A stretch of DNA of 64,000 nt from Terriglobia bacterium (GTDB lineage Bacteria > Acidobacteriota > Terriglobia > 20CM-2-55-15). The stretch lies in assembly GCA_965218585.1 (NCBI GenBank), contig CBDCLE010000003.1:128001-192000 (forward strand). Reading direction: 5' to 3'. Shown here in pieces: positions 18,175 to 28,989 of the stretch; positions within the stretch are counted from its first letter, which is position 1; every line of letters starts with the position of its first letter. The position numbers and the translations under genes were made by a program. The notes beneath the pieces were generated by a model. The model made no database searches and was not told the origin of the DNA. It saw nothing but the letters and a program-made list of their open reading frames with translations.

Positions 18175-19584
18175 ATGACCAGCGCACTTCGGCAAAAGCT
18201 GGACGCGGGTGAGTTCTGCCACATCGTGGAACTCGTCGCGAGTAAGCGGATCACCGAAGAACGGCTTCTCGAGATCTCTAGCGCATTGGCCGGACTGAAT
18301 GCCGTTGACGCCGCGGGTGTTACCAGTTATGCCGGTGGAGGAGGCGGTCAGGATCCGGTTCGGATTGCAGCGGGTGCGAAGGCACACGGCCTGACGCCTA
18401 ACCTGCACCTGACCTGCGTCTACCAGGATCGGGCCGGGCTACGACAGACGCTCGAAGAGCTCCATCGCTTCGAAATCCACGACGTCTTAGCTCTCACCGG
18501 CGACTACCCGAAGCAGCACGAAGAAAGAGCGATCTTCGATCTAGATTCGGTCGCGCTTGTGTCCATGATGAAGAACATGCGAGACGACGGGATGCCGTTT
18601 TCGATTTCCGTTGCGGTGTCGCCGTTCAAGTACAACGAACCGGACTGTTTGTACCAGTACATCAAGCTGGAAAAGAAATTCGCCGCGGGTGCGGACTTTG
18701 CGATCACGCAGATCGGCTACGACGCGGCCAAGTTTCGCGAGCTCAAGCAGTATCTGGATGAGCGCGGGATATCCAAACCGGTAGTCGGCAATGTGTATGT
18801 GTTGGGTAAGCGTGCGGCCGAGCTCATGTCCGAGGGTCGACCGCCCGGATGCTGGATTTCGCCCGAACTGGCCGAACGAGTCAAAGAAGAGGTAGCGACC
18901 GAAGACAAGGGGAAGGCCGCCAGACTTGAGCGCGCGGCACGCACTGTTGCCGTCCTGAGGGGCCTTGGTTACGCCGGTGCCTACGTCGGCGGAACACACG
19001 ACGTCGATCAGATCCGATGGATCATATCCAGAGGAGAGGAGCTTGCTCCGCGTTGGGAAGAGTTTGCCGAAGAACTGACCCATGCCCCAGAGAACGCGTT
19101 CTATATCTACAACTCGCCGAAAGGTACACCGAAGCGGCTTGGCTTGATTCCCAACATGCTGAACCTAGCGGGAAAGATGTTCCCGGTCCGGACTGAAACC
19201 GTGTGGCGGAAGCTTCTTCGCCGCATATCCGGTTGGATCGAGGGCCGGCCGTTCGTCGAGAGCGTCGTGGAAAAATTCGAGACGGCGGTGAAGGTCCCGA
19301 TGTTCGGCTGCAAATCGTGTGGCAACTGTGTCCTGGGCGACATGGAATACGTGTGTCCCGAGACCTGCCCCAAGCAGATACGGAACGGACCCTGCGGTGG
19401 TACAGCCAGCGGCCAGTGCGAGGTCATTCCCGAACAAGCCTGCATCTGGGTGGGTGTCTATGAGCGGGCTAAGTCGGGAGACGAACTGGAATCACTCAAG
19501 GTCTATATCCCATCCCCAGACCGGACGTTAAAAGGGACAAGCTCTTGGGTGAACTACTTCCTCGACCGGGACGTCCGGCCTTAA
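18175..19584 (+). CDS. metF: Methylenetetrahydrofolate reductase fused to a C-terminal MetV-like Cys-rich domain
   Basis: HLTC, LALTGDYP, KKFAAGADFAITQ; C-terminal CKSCGNC...CPETCPK...NGPCGG...CEV...C. Confidence 0.88.
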   Translation: MTSALRQKLDAGEFCHIVELVASKRITEERLLEISSALAGLNAVDAAGVTSYAGGGGGQDPVRIAAGAKAHGLTPNLHLTCVYQDRAGLRQTLEELHRFEIHDVLALTGDYPKQHEERAIFDLDSVALVSMMKNMRDDGMPFSISVAVSPFKYNEPDCLYQYIKLEKKFAAGADFAITQIGYDAAKFRELKQYLDERGISKPVVGNVYVLGKRAAELMSEGRPPGCWISPELAERVKEEVATEDKGKAARLERAARTVAVLRGLGYAGAYVGGTHDVDQIRWIISRGEELAPRWEEFAEELTHAPENAFYIYNSPKGTPKRLGLIPNMLNLAGKMFPVRTETVWRKLLRRISGWIEGRPFVESVVEKFETAVKVPMFGCKSCGNCVLGDMEYVCPETCPKQIRNGPCGGTASGQCEVIPEQACIWVGVYERAKSGDELESLKVYIPSPDRTLKGTSSWVNYFLDRDVRP

Positions 19585-19588
19585 CTAG

Positions 19589-20400
19589 GGCGTGCTAACA
19601 CTAATGAGCATGAATGTTTTATAATCAGGCATGGAGATCACACAGGAGCAGTATTGTCGCATCGAGCCGGAACTGCCGCGTCAGCGGGGCAACGTCAGTC
19701 TTTCGAACCTGACGGTCTTGAACGCCATTTTGTATGTGGCTGAGCAGGGCTGCAAGTGGCGCGGTCTGCCCAAGCGCTTTGGCAACTGGCACACCATCTA
19801 CACCCGGATGAACCGCTGGTCCAAGAACGGGGTGCTCGACGCCGTCTTCGAAAAACTCCAGCGCGAGCAACTGGTGCGCATCCGGGTGGAAGCCGTTTCG
19901 ATGGACTCGACCATTGTGAAGGTGCATCCCGACGGCACGGGAGCGTTAAAAAAAACGGTCCGCAAGCGATCGGCAAATCCCGCGGTGGATGGACCACCAA
20001 GATTCATCTGGTTGCCGCGAATGCTCGAACGGCGATAACGTTTGCGCTCTCGCCCGGCCAAGCGCACGACGCCCCGCAGGGCCGCGATCTGCTCGCCGGC
20101 CTGGGGCCGTTGCCCGCGCCGCTGCCGCTGCTGATGGACCGTGCCTACCAGGACGACCAGACCCGCCAATTGGCTCTGGATTTTGGGTGGATTCCCGTCG
20201 TGCCGCCCAAGCGCAACCGCCTGGAGCCGTGGGAATACGACCGCGTGCTCTACCGCCGCAGGAACGAAGTCGAGAGGCTCTTCCGCCGACTCAAGGGTTT
20301 TCGGCGTATCTTCTCCCGTTTCGATAAACTCGACGTCATGTTCCTCGCCTTCCTTCACTTCGCACTCATCGTCGAGGCACTACGTTAGTGTTAACACGCT
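19589..20400 (+). mobile_element. IS5-family (IS427-like) element
   Basis: IRs GGCGTGCTAACACTA / TAGTGTTAACACGCT, CTAG on both sides. Confidence 0.92.
19631..20388 (+). CDS. IS5 transposase, two ORFs joined by a probable programmed -1 frameshift
   Basis: GCKWRGLP..FGNW, DST; A8 run 19948-19955; GKSRGGWTTKIH, DRAY, RNEVERLF. Confidence 0.9.
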
Positions 20401-20404
20401 CTAG

Positions 20405-21778
20405 CTATTTGGGGCGATATGCCGTGCGCGCAACCTCCGCGTAAGGGGCGGGTGCAACAATCGCCTTGATCTCGGTCTGGACGTGACGCTCGACTGTCGG
20501 TTTGGACGTCCCGCGATCTTCTTCGCCCCAGACAAGCGTGACCTCGGTGCCCGGCTCGCTGTGAGCGATGTCGATACTTGCCAGAGAGATCATCGCCCGT
20601 TCGTTGTAGGTGTACCCCGTGTAGGTGGAAACACCCACCATCTCACCGTCCTTCAACACCTTGTCAAATGGGAGGGTCGCATAGTTGGCCAACGGCAGAT
20701 CGATGTGTTTGGCGGTGTCGCCATCATTGAATAAAGATCTGAAAACGCCGGCCACGGCATCGCCGCTCCAGACGAGGGTCGCTTTCTTCCGCCGCGGGTT
20801 TTCGGCGATCTTCTCGAGGGCCTCCCTTCCGAGAAAATCGTGATCGAACCGGACGAAGCGTCCATAGTCCAAATCGTACGGCGTCAGGTAGTAGTCGGTG
20901 ATGTCATCGGAGACCAGGCTCCCACCCAAAGACGCCATGCATTCGTAGCTGTCTGGCTTCAACCACTCGCGGTAGGGTTTCATTACTTCGCTGTCATAAA
21001 CAGCGGGACACGGAGACGGGATCCAACCTGATACCAACGCGGTGGTCGAGTAGGCCTTCGCGCCCACCTGTCGAATCCCGTATTCCTGGCCGGCTTCAAG
21101 AATGGCGTCGCGGATCGCATCCCCGTCTTCCCAAGGACCCCAGAGTTCCCACCCGGGCTGTCCGACCATCCCGTGACGCAACGCACGCACTTCGCGGCCG
21201 GCAATCGTGAACCTGTCCATATGGAAGAACTTGATATCGGGCGTGGACTTTCCCGTCGCCTTCTCCATTACGGTTACAGCATGAGGGCCCTGAACCTGGT
21301 AGCGGTAAACCAGTCGCCTGCCTTTCTTGTTCACAAAGGAGCGGTCGTCTCTCTCGGTTGTCACATCGTACCCACCGGTGTCAACGTTGTACTGCACCCA
21401 GTTGTGAGCGGGAGGCCGGCCGACGATATCTATTTTGTTTTCTTCCAGAACGAAGAGAATGGCATCGCCAATCAGGTAACCCCGTTCGTCGCAGGCGACG
21501 AATTGTTTCCCCCTGTCGGGTCTGAAATTCTTGACCGTGTTGACGCCGAGGTCGGAGAGCAACCTGACGACGTCGGGGCCTTCGACGTAAAGTTCCGTCA
21601 TATGGTGCGACTGGTCGAACAAGGCGCAGCTCTCATTCCAAGAACGCTGTTCATCTCTCCAGTTCGTGAACTCGGGAGGGACCACCGGGAACGCGTAGGG
21701 TCCGATCTGCGAATTGCGTAACAACCTGACGGGATTCCCGACGGCTTGTAACGCTTCCTCCAAGTTTCGATAGCTCAT
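20405..21778 (-). CDS. ligM: THF-dependent aryl O-demethylase (vanillate/3-O-methylgallate, LigM/DesA family)
   Basis: PEFTNWRDEQ, FDQSHHM, YQVQGP, RHGM.GQPG.E.WGP, GWIPSP, WGE...KPTVERH. Confidence 0.88.
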   Translation of the reverse strand: MSYRNLEEALQAVGNPVRLLRNSQIGPYAFPVVPPEFTNWRDEQRSWNESCALFDQSHHMTELYVEGPDVVRLLSDLGVNTVKNFRPDRGKQFVACDERGYLIGDAILFVLEENKIDIVGRPPAHNWVQYNVDTGGYDVTTERDDRSFVNKKGRRLVYRYQVQGPHAVTVMEKATGKSTPDIKFFHMDRFTIAGREVRALRHGMVGQPGWELWGPWEDGDAIRDAILEAGQEYGIRQVGAKAYSTTALVSGWIPSPCPAVYDSEVMKPYREWLKPDSYECMASLGGSLVSDDITDYYLTPYDLDYGRFVRFDHDFLGREALEKIAENPRRKKATLVWSGDAVAGVFRSLFNDGDTAKHIDLPLANYATLPFDKVLKDGEMVGVSTYTGYTYNERAMISLASIDIAHSEPGTEVTLVWGEEDRGTSKPTVERHVQTEIKAIVAPAPYAEVARTAYRPK

Positions 21779-21909
21779 AACTGCCGGCAACCTCCTACGA
21801 ACAAGAAGCTCTATTCTAGCGCCGCGTATTCTAACATCGCTGGGGGTAGTAGCGAATGCCCGGTCCGACGGGGACCAGAACAGAGCGGGTGTCCTGCTAT
21901 TAATCAGGC

Positions 21910-23298
21910 ATGATCAGGTACACACGCGCAGACACTCCGATGTCTCGGGAAAAGATGTTTGTCGGGCTGGGAATTGTCGCAGTTCTAGCCCTCCTGTTAG
22001 TTGTCGGGTTGAGTTTTCGGCGGCTGGAAGGTCGGGAACCGACGATCGTGTTCGACAGCGAATTCGAAGCACTCGGTCGGTCCCCGTCACTCGGCCTTAC
22101 CGTCGAAGACTTAGGAACCGGTCTCAGGCAGGTGAGCATCGTTCTCAATCAGGGAAACACGGAACTCGTCCTGGCCGAGGAATCCTTCGACAAATCTGCG
22201 GATACGCGTGTCCGGATATACGACGTCGGGAAACTCATCGACGAAACCTACGACGCTCAGGCTGGCCCGGCGAGCCTCAGAGTTTCGGCATCCGACCATT
22301 CGTTTCGTAGCTTCTTTAGCGGAAACCGGTCGGAGCTGACACGGGAATTCGAATTCGACCTATACCCCCCGAGTCTGGAAGTTCTTTCAGGCCTGCACTA
22401 CATCAACCAGGGTGGGTCCGAGGCCGTTGTCTACAGGGTATCGGAGGACGCCGTGGTTTCAGGTGTCCAGGTCGGTCCGCATTTCTTCTCCGGATACCCC
22501 CTCGATTCTGTGGATCCGGATCTTCGTTTTTCACTATTCGCGTTTGCGTACGATCTGGCTCCAGACACGCCTGTCCGGTTGATGGCCAGAGACGGGGCGG
22601 GGAACGAAGCACTGACCGATGTCGGACACCGGCTGACGCGACGTGAGTTCCGCAACCGGGAGATCGTCCTCTCAGACAGCTTTCTGAACATGGTCGTGCC
22701 CGAGATCATGAGCCGTACCCCTGAGGTTCGCGACCAAGGAACGCTCATCGACACGTACGTCGAGATCAACAGCAATCTTCGTGATGCCAACCACTCATCG
22801 CTTGCCGAACTCTCGATGCAGTCTGAGGCAGAGTTTCTCTGGGACGGGGCGTTCACCCAGCTCAGCAACTCGCAGGTGGAGTCTTTCTTTGCGGACCGGC
22901 GTACCTATATGTATGACGGCGAAGAAGTCGACCAACAGGATCACGTCGGCTTCGACCTTTCCGTCGTTCAGCGTTATCCGATCGAAGCGGCCAATTCGGG
23001 ACGCGTCATGCTGGCCGAGTACTTCGGTATATACGGCAACACGGTCCTCATCGACCACGGGACAGGACTGGTTTCGCTTTACGCACACATGAGTAGCATC
23101 GATGTAGAGACCGGGCAGATGGTTGGCAAGGGGCAGATTCTGGGGCGTAGCGGCGCAACAGGCCTTGCCGGAGGCGACCACCTGCACTTTGGACTGTTTC
23201 TGCACGGCGTTCCGGTCAACCCGATCGAATGGTGGGATCCCAACTGGGTCGAGGACCATGTTCTGGAGCGGTTGGCGTCCCCGCTTCCATCTGAGTAA
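21910..23298 (+). CDS. M23 family metallopeptidase
   Basis: N-terminal TM; HVGFD, YGN, YAH, HLHF. Confidence 0.92.
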   Translation: MIRYTRADTPMSREKMFVGLGIVAVLALLLVVGLSFRRLEGREPTIVFDSEFEALGRSPSLGLTVEDLGTGLRQVSIVLNQGNTELVLAEESFDKSADTRVRIYDVGKLIDETYDAQAGPASLRVSASDHSFRSFFSGNRSELTREFEFDLYPPSLEVLSGLHYINQGGSEAVVYRVSEDAVVSGVQVGPHFFSGYPLDSVDPDLRFSLFAFAYDLAPDTPVRLMARDGAGNEALTDVGHRLTRREFRNREIVLSDSFLNMVVPEIMSRTPEVRDQGTLIDTYVEINSNLRDANHSSLAELSMQSEAEFLWDGAFTQLSNSQVESFFADRRTYMYDGEEVDQQDHVGFDLSVVQRYPIEAANSGRVMLAEYFGIYGNTVLIDHGTGLVSLYAHMSSIDVETGQMVGKGQILGRSGATGLAGGDHLHFGLFLHGVPVNPIEWWDPNWVEDHVLERLASPLPSE

Positions 23299-23343
23299 CG
23301 GCTGGCACGTCCGCGTAACAATCGGGCTCCGGGAACTGATAAA

Positions 23344-24864
23344 ATGGATCCCATGAATACAGACACTTTTCGCGAGAACATACTGGAGCTTCTGCGGCGC
23401 ACTTCCGCCTTCTTACCTCCAGATATCCAGAACGTGATCGACCTCCAGCGCAAACTGGAAGTCTCGGGATCCAAAGCCGACTTCGCCCTGGAACTGGTAG
23501 CTCAGAACATCGGATTGGCGAAGGCCAGATCCCTCCCGATCTGCCAGGACACCGGGACGATCAACTTCTATATCAAGACGCCTATCGGTGTGGACCAGCT
23601 CGAACTGGCCGATCTCTGCCGCGAAGCGGTCCAGGAGGCGACCGCTGTGGGTTACCTGCGGCAAAACTCTGTGGACAGCGTGGACGGCAAGAACACCGGA
23701 GACAATCTTGGTCCCGGAAGTCCCGTGTTTCATTGGGAACAGACCCGCGACGCGGACATCGATATCCGCCTGATCCTCAAGGGTGGCGGCTGCGAGAACA
23801 TGAGTGCCCAGTACAGCCTACCTGCGGAGATCCAGGGCAAGCGAGTTAACCGCGATATGGAAGGCGTGCGCGCCTGTATTCTTGACGCGGTCTGGAACGC
23901 TCAGGGCAAGGGGTGTGGCCCCGGGTTCCTTGGAGTCGCCATCGGCGGTGACCGGGCCTCGGGTTATGAATTTGCGAAGCACCAACTGCTGCGTTCGATC
24001 GATGACTCCAGTCCCGATCCCCTCCTGGCCGAACTGGAGGGCGTGATCATGAAAGAGGCCAACACACTCGACATCGGCCCGATGGGTTTTGCCGGAAAGT
24101 TTACTGTTGGGTGCTGCAAGGTCGGGAAGCTCAACCGCCTGCCGGCGTCTTTCTTTGTGACGATCGCTTACATGTGCTGGGCCTACCGTCGCCGCGGCGT
24201 CGTGATGGACGTCGAAGGCAATATCAGAGACTGGCTCTACACCGAGGAACACGAGTTCGAGACCCAGGAGCCGATGCCGGATCTGACCCTTCCTGAAGGG
24301 GAAACGGTTCGACTGGAGACACCCTTGAGCGAAGCCGATGTCCGGGGTCTTAAGGTCGGTGATGTAGTCCTGCTCAACGGAATCGTGTTCACGGGACGGG
24401 ATGCCGTCCACAAGTATCTCCATGAAGGCGGAGAACTGGATGTTATCCAGAACGGTGTCATCTACCACTGCGGACCTGTCGTTCTCGAGAAAGACGGTGA
24501 ACACAAGATAATGGCCGCCGGCCCGACGACATCGATCCGCGAAGAACCTTACCAGGCCGATATCATCGAGAAGTTCGGCATCAAGGCCGTGATTGGTAAG
24601 GGTGGCATGGGCGCGAGGACCCAGAAGGCTTGTCAGGAACACGGTGCCGTGTACCTCCATGCCATCGGCGGCGCAGCGCAGATCTACGCGCAGTGCATCA
24701 AAAAGGTCTTGAGTGTCCGGCTTGAAGAGTTCGGCAGTCCCGAAGCGGTGTGGGAACTGGAAGTCGAGAACTTTCCGGCCGTCGTCACGATCGACAGCCA
24801 TGGCAACAACCTGCAGCAGGTCGTCGCCGACAGATCGCAGGCGCTCTTGGTAACAGCGCTTTAA
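23344..24864 (+). CDS. Class I Fe-S fumarate hydratase (alpha+beta fused)
   Basis: PICQDTG, KGGGCEN, GRDAVH, GPTTS.R, IGKGGM. Confidence 0.92.
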   Translation: MDPMNTDTFRENILELLRRTSAFLPPDIQNVIDLQRKLEVSGSKADFALELVAQNIGLAKARSLPICQDTGTINFYIKTPIGVDQLELADLCREAVQEATAVGYLRQNSVDSVDGKNTGDNLGPGSPVFHWEQTRDADIDIRLILKGGGCENMSAQYSLPAEIQGKRVNRDMEGVRACILDAVWNAQGKGCGPGFLGVAIGGDRASGYEFAKHQLLRSIDDSSPDPLLAELEGVIMKEANTLDIGPMGFAGKFTVGCCKVGKLNRLPASFFVTIAYMCWAYRRRGVVMDVEGNIRDWLYTEEHEFETQEPMPDLTLPEGETVRLETPLSEADVRGLKVGDVVLLNGIVFTGRDAVHKYLHEGGELDVIQNGVIYHCGPVVLEKDGEHKIMAAGPTTSIREEPYQADIIEKFGIKAVIGKGGMGARTQKACQEHGAVYLHAIGGAAQIYAQCIKKVLSVRLEEFGSPEAVWELEVENFPAVVTIDSHGNNLQQVVADRSQALLVTAL

Positions 24865-24902
24865 AAAGGGGACAGTGAGCTAATTCGCTGCTCTGTAGAT
24901 TT

Positions 24903-24962
24903 CTGTAGGTGCGGTCTATGACCGCACAAACATTGAACGGGCGCTCATAGAGCGCCCTACAG
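24903..24962. repeat. GTAG-type REP doublet (REPIN)
   Basis: TGTAGGTGCGGTCTATGACCGCAC ... GGGCGCTCATAGAGCGCCCTACA between convergent genes. Confidence 0.85.
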
Positions 24963-24970
24963 AAGAATCC

Positions 24971-25717
24971 TCAATCCAGTCTGACACCCACCTTGCCATC
25001 CGCGTCCACGAAATTCCGATTGTTTTCCTGGCAGATATATTCGGCGATTGTCCAGTCGCGGTGCCGCGCCAGGTTGCTGACGGTGACCCAGGGGCTGTTG
25101 AGGGCTTCCGGATCTGTGACGGTGGTTTCGATTTGCATCGTGTCCGGGTCGGCCAGGCGGAAGCGTTCGACAATCTTCATGTTTCCGCTATGTGGCAGGT
25201 TCGGTGAGATCTCGGTCAGGGGTGTAAACCCGACGCTCTCCACGATCAGCGTGTCTTCTTCCCAGCGCCCGACCGACGTTCCGAAGAAATTCTCGTCAGG
25301 GTCCTCCGGCAGCGCGCGCCCGTCGGTGTATATGTGGCGGACCTGCGTGTAGACTTCGAGGACGATCGTCACCTTATTCGGAGTGAGCAGAAACTCCATG
25401 GGATACGGTTGTCCCATGATGCGCGGCATCCCGGGAGGTAGACAGTTGGTCGTTTGGGCATCTTCCGCCCCACGTTCCAGGATCATGTCCCGGATTGCCG
25501 CATACTCGGATGTAGGCGAGAGCTCGGTCCCGCCGCCGCCTCCTCCAAAGCTGCGTTCCCAGACCCCGCTGAAGTCGGGCAGTTCAGCAAGCGCGGCCCA
25601 GTCTGCAGCGGTGGGCGAGGGCATCGTTGGTGATTGTGCCCCTGCGACAGGCGTAAGCGTTGTCGCAGCCAACCAGACCGCTACGAAGCCAAAAAGAGTC
25701 TTTCGAATGATCTTCAT
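24971..25717 (-). CDS. Exported hypothetical protein (paralog family X)
   Basis: PDFSGVW, CLPPGMP, RHIYTDGR, GTSVGRWEEDTL, EYICQENN. Confidence 0.8.
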   Translation of the reverse strand: MKIIRKTLFGFVAVWLAATTLTPVAGAQSPTMPSPTAADWAALAELPDFSGVWERSFGGGGGGTELSPTSEYAAIRDMILERGAEDAQTTNCLPPGMPRIMGQPYPMEFLLTPNKVTIVLEVYTQVRHIYTDGRALPEDPDENFFGTSVGRWEEDTLIVESVGFTPLTEISPNLPHSGNMKIVERFRLADPDTMQIETTVTDPEALNSPWVTVSNLARHRDWTIAEYICQENNRNFVDADGKVGVRLD

Positions 25718-25790
25718 CCCTACCCTCCGGCGCCCAAATTTCCTGGATTTCGCCTGCTTCGGGGAAGTCTTGAAGATGGAGACAATATTG

Positions 25791-27185
25791 TCAAGCTGAA
25801 TGGGAGCGTGAATGCCCTTCCTCTTCCAATGCCCGGACAAAACTCTTTCGCCAGTTGTTGATGTCGTTTGACCGGAGGACGGCGATCATATCTGCATACC
25901 GCTCCCGGCGTTCCTCCACCGGCATCTCGATTGCTTTTCGAATACCGTCGGCCATGCCGTCCCGATCGTAGGGGTTGACCAGGATAGCGGCGCTGAGCTC
26001 CCTTGCGGCTCCAGCCAGCTCGGACAGGACGAGTATGCCAGGGTCTTCCGGATCCTGGCTGGCCACGTACTCCTTAGCGACCAGGTTCATCCCGTCTCGG
26101 ATAGGCGTGACCAGACCGACGCTCGCCAGCCGGTAGAGAGACATCAGAACCGGCCGGTCGTAGAGTTTGTTCAGATACCGAATCGGAACCCAATCGATGT
26201 CGGCAAAGCGACCGTTGATGTTGCCCGAAGCCTGCTCAAGGTTTTCCCGGATTCGGTCATAAGTCCGGACACCCGTCCTTGTAGGTGGCGCAATCTGAAG
26301 GAGCGAAACACGCCCCCGCAGCCCCAGATTGTTCATCAGCAGGTTTTCGAAAGCGCGGAACCGCAGCTCGAGCCCCTTGCTGTAGTCGAGCCGGTCGACG
26401 CCGATAATCAGACGCCGATCGCCCACGCTCTTAGCGAGTCGGCGGACTTGGGAGTGTTCCATATTTTCCCCGGCCAAAGACTGACAGGCATCCACATCGA
26501 TGCTGATCGGAAACACCCCGGCACGAAACGTGCGTCCGAAGGCGGTAACACGACCATCGCCGAGAACAGCGCCACCGATCTCCGGCTGCGTGAGGCAATC
26601 CTGGAACGATGCCAGATCCCTGTCGGTCTGAAAGCCGACGACGTCATAACCGACCAGAGCCTCGAGGATCTCCCGGTAGCAGGGCAGGGCATGGATGACG
26701 TCGAAGTTGGGAAACGGCACGTGCAGAAAGAAACCGATCGGTTGTGTCACGCCCCTCTGACGTAACTCTTTACCCAGTGGTATCAGATGATAGTCGTGGA
26801 CCCAGACCACGTCATCCGGTGTGAGGAAGGGCACGAGCCTCTCAGCAAAGAGTGTGTTTACGCGGCAATAGGCGTCGTACTGGAGCTGGTCGTACTTGAG
26901 GTAGCCGAGCATGAAATGGAGCAGGGGCCAGAGCGTGTCGTTGCCGAAACCGTTGTAATACTCTTCGAAATCCTCCGCGTTCACGTCTGTCGTGACGATC
27001 TGAACGTTGCCGGATTTTGTCACCTTGGGTTCGGTGGGCTGGTCTGCGGTCGTTTCACCACTCCACCCGAACCAGACGCCGCCGTGATCTTCCAGCGCTG
27101 ACCAGAGCGCGACGGCCAGGCCCCCGGAGGTCTTGCCCTGCTTCGGTTCGGCGACGCGATTGGATACAGCGACGAGTCGGCTCAT
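25791..27185 (-). CDS. otsA: Trehalose-6-phosphate synthase
   Basis: [39 protein letters not shown]. Confidence 0.96.
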   Translation of the reverse strand: MSRLVAVSNRVAEPKQGKTSGGLAVALWSALEDHGGVWFGWSGETTADQPTEPKVTKSGNVQIVTTDVNAEDFEEYYNGFGNDTLWPLLHFMLGYLKYDQLQYDAYCRVNTLFAERLVPFLTPDDVVWVHDYHLIPLGKELRQRGVTQPIGFFLHVPFPNFDVIHALPCYREILEALVGYDVVGFQTDRDLASFQDCLTQPEIGGAVLGDGRVTAFGRTFRAGVFPISIDVDACQSLAGENMEHSQVRRLAKSVGDRRLIIGVDRLDYSKGLELRFRAFENLLMNNLGLRGRVSLLQIAPPTRTGVRTYDRIRENLEQASGNINGRFADIDWVPIRYLNKLYDRPVLMSLYRLASVGLVTPIRDGMNLVAKEYVASQDPEDPGILVLSELAGAARELSAAILVNPYDRDGMADGIRKAIEMPVEERRERYADMIAVLRSNDINNWRKSFVRALEEEGHSRSHSA

Positions 27186-27198
27186 CGGGCTTCATCCC

Positions 27199-28989
27199 TC
27201 ATAGGGCTTCGTCCCAAGACTGGCTCAGGCGCATGGCTGCGGTGATCACGCCGACCATGCTGTAGGTTTGCGGAAAGTTCCCCCAGAGTTCGCCGCTTTC
27301 CGGGTCCAGGTCCTCTGACAGCAGTCCGAGTGAGTTCCTTCGATTGAGCATATTCGAAAACAATTCCCGCGCTTCATCTTTGCGTCCCACAGCAGCCAGG
27401 GCATTGATGTACCAGAACGTGCAGATGTTGAACGCCGTCTCGGGTGTACCGAAATCGTCCGAGCTGGTATAGCGAAAGACGTAGGAGCCTTGCTTTAACT
27501 CGTTCTCCACGGCCGCTAGCGTTGCCGCAAACTTCGGGTCTCCTGCCCGGACGAAGCCCAGATCCGCAAGCGTCAGTAGGCTCGCATCCAGCTGATCGCC
27601 CCCAAAGGTGGCCACGAAGCTCCCTCGTTCTTTGCTCCATGCCTGGTCCATGATCGTTTCCCGAATCCTGTTTGCGCGATCTCTCCAGTAATCAGCGCGT
27701 TCGGATAGTTCCAAATGCGCTGCGATCCGTGAGAGCCGATCACAGGCGGCCCAGCAGATGACGCTCGAATAGGTGTGCACCTCGCTCCGGCCGCGATACT
27801 CCCAGGGGCCGGCGTCGGGTTGATCGAACACCTCGGCGGCCCGATGTCCGAGAGATTCAAGGCGTTCGAACTCACGCCGACCCCCGCTTTGGACCAACCG
27901 CCGGTCGAAGAAACTCTGCGTTGCCGCAAGGACCGTCGCACCATAGACGTCGTTCTGGCGTTGCGTGTAGGCGTCATTGCCCACGCGGACCGGCCCCATC
28001 CCCCGATATCCCTCCAACGAAGTCACGGTCTTTTCCGTCAGGTCCGATTCGCCCGAGATCCCATAGACGGGTTGCAGATGGTTGCTGTCCCCGTGTTCGG
28101 CGACGAGATTGAAAATGTAAGACAGGAACTGCTGCATCGTCTTGGTCGCGCCCAGGCTGTTCAGTGCCTGCACCGTGTAATAGCTGTCGCGGAGCCAGCA
28201 ATACCGATAGTCCCAGTTGCGGCCGCTTTCTGGCGCTTCCGGTATCGAGGTCGTCAGCGCGGCCAGGACCGCACCGGTGTCTTCATACGTGCAGAGTTTC
28301 AACGTGATGGCCGCACGAATCACCTCTCTCTGCCACTCGAACGGGATCGACAGCGCGCGGGTCCAGTTTTCCCAGTAGGCCTTCGTCTCCCCGTACATCT
28401 CCCGGCTGACCTTGTCCGGACCCTCGGGAATGGATTCGTCCGGACCGAGGAGGAGCGTGATCGGCTTTTCCAACACGATCACGCGTTCCTCGAGCAGCGC
28501 CGCCAGGGGTGCGTTCGTCGTGAGCCGGATCGTGTAGCGCCCGTTGCTGAACCGGATATGATTGCTGCCGTGGGCCACGTCGGGTTTCCGGCTCCCGTAA
28601 TCGGCGGCGGGCCGCAGGCGGATTCGAAGAGCGGGTGTGCCACTGACCGGCGCAATGTGACGCACGACCATGATCGGATGAAAGCTGCGGCCGAGGTTCT
28701 GGTACCGCGGCGCAAGATCGGTAATCCGGACGCTCCCTCCGGAGGCGTCATGTAAGGTCGTTCGGAGGATTGCCGTATTGTCGATGTAGGCCTGCTCGGA
28801 GCGGTCGAAATCCTGGACGTCGACGGCGAAGAAACCGGTGTCATCGGATTTGTCCTCCGACTTAAGAAGCGAACAGAAGAAAGGATCGCTGTCGACGCGA
28901 GGAAAGCTCCCCCAGACATACCGCCCCACCGAATCCACCAGAACGGCGATCTGGCAATTGCCAATGACTCCAAGCTCCAAACTGCTCAT
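27199..28989 (-). CDS. GH15 glycoside hydrolase (trehalase-like)
   Basis: TTSIPE, RNWDYRYCWLRD, LLSEDLD, WGNFPQTYS. Confidence 0.93.
   Translation of the reverse strand: MSSLELGVIGNCQIAVLVDSVGRYVWGSFPRVDSDPFFCSLLKSEDKSDDTGFFAVDVQDFDRSEQAYIDNTAILRTTLHDASGGSVRITDLAPRYQNLGRSFHPIMVVRHIAPVSGTPALRIRLRPAADYGSRKPDVAHGSNHIRFSNGRYTIRLTTNAPLAALLEERVIVLEKPITLLLGPDESIPEGPDKVSREMYGETKAYWENWTRALSIPFEWQREVIRAAITLKLCTYEDTGAVLAALTTSIPEAPESGRNWDYRYCWLRDSYYTVQALNSLGATKTMQQFLSYIFNLVAEHGDSNHLQPVYGISGESDLTEKTVTSLEGYRGMGPVRVGNDAYTQRQNDVYGATVLAATQSFFDRRLVQSGGRREFERLESLGHRAAEVFDQPDAGPWEYRGRSEVHTYSSVICWAACDRLSRIAAHLELSERADYWRDRANRIRETIMDQAWSKERGSFVATFGGDQLDASLLTLADLGFVRAGDPKFAATLAAVENELKQGSYVFRYTSSDDFGTPETAFNICTFWYINALAAVGRKDEARELFSNMLNRRNSLGLLSEDLDPESGELWGNFPQTYSMVGVITAAMRLSQSWDEAL

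Noticed and set aside
21898-21912. TAATCAGGCATG shared by the M23 gene start and the IS5 transposase start (19622-19633)
   Set aside because: A 12-bp match with no further homology; probably chance
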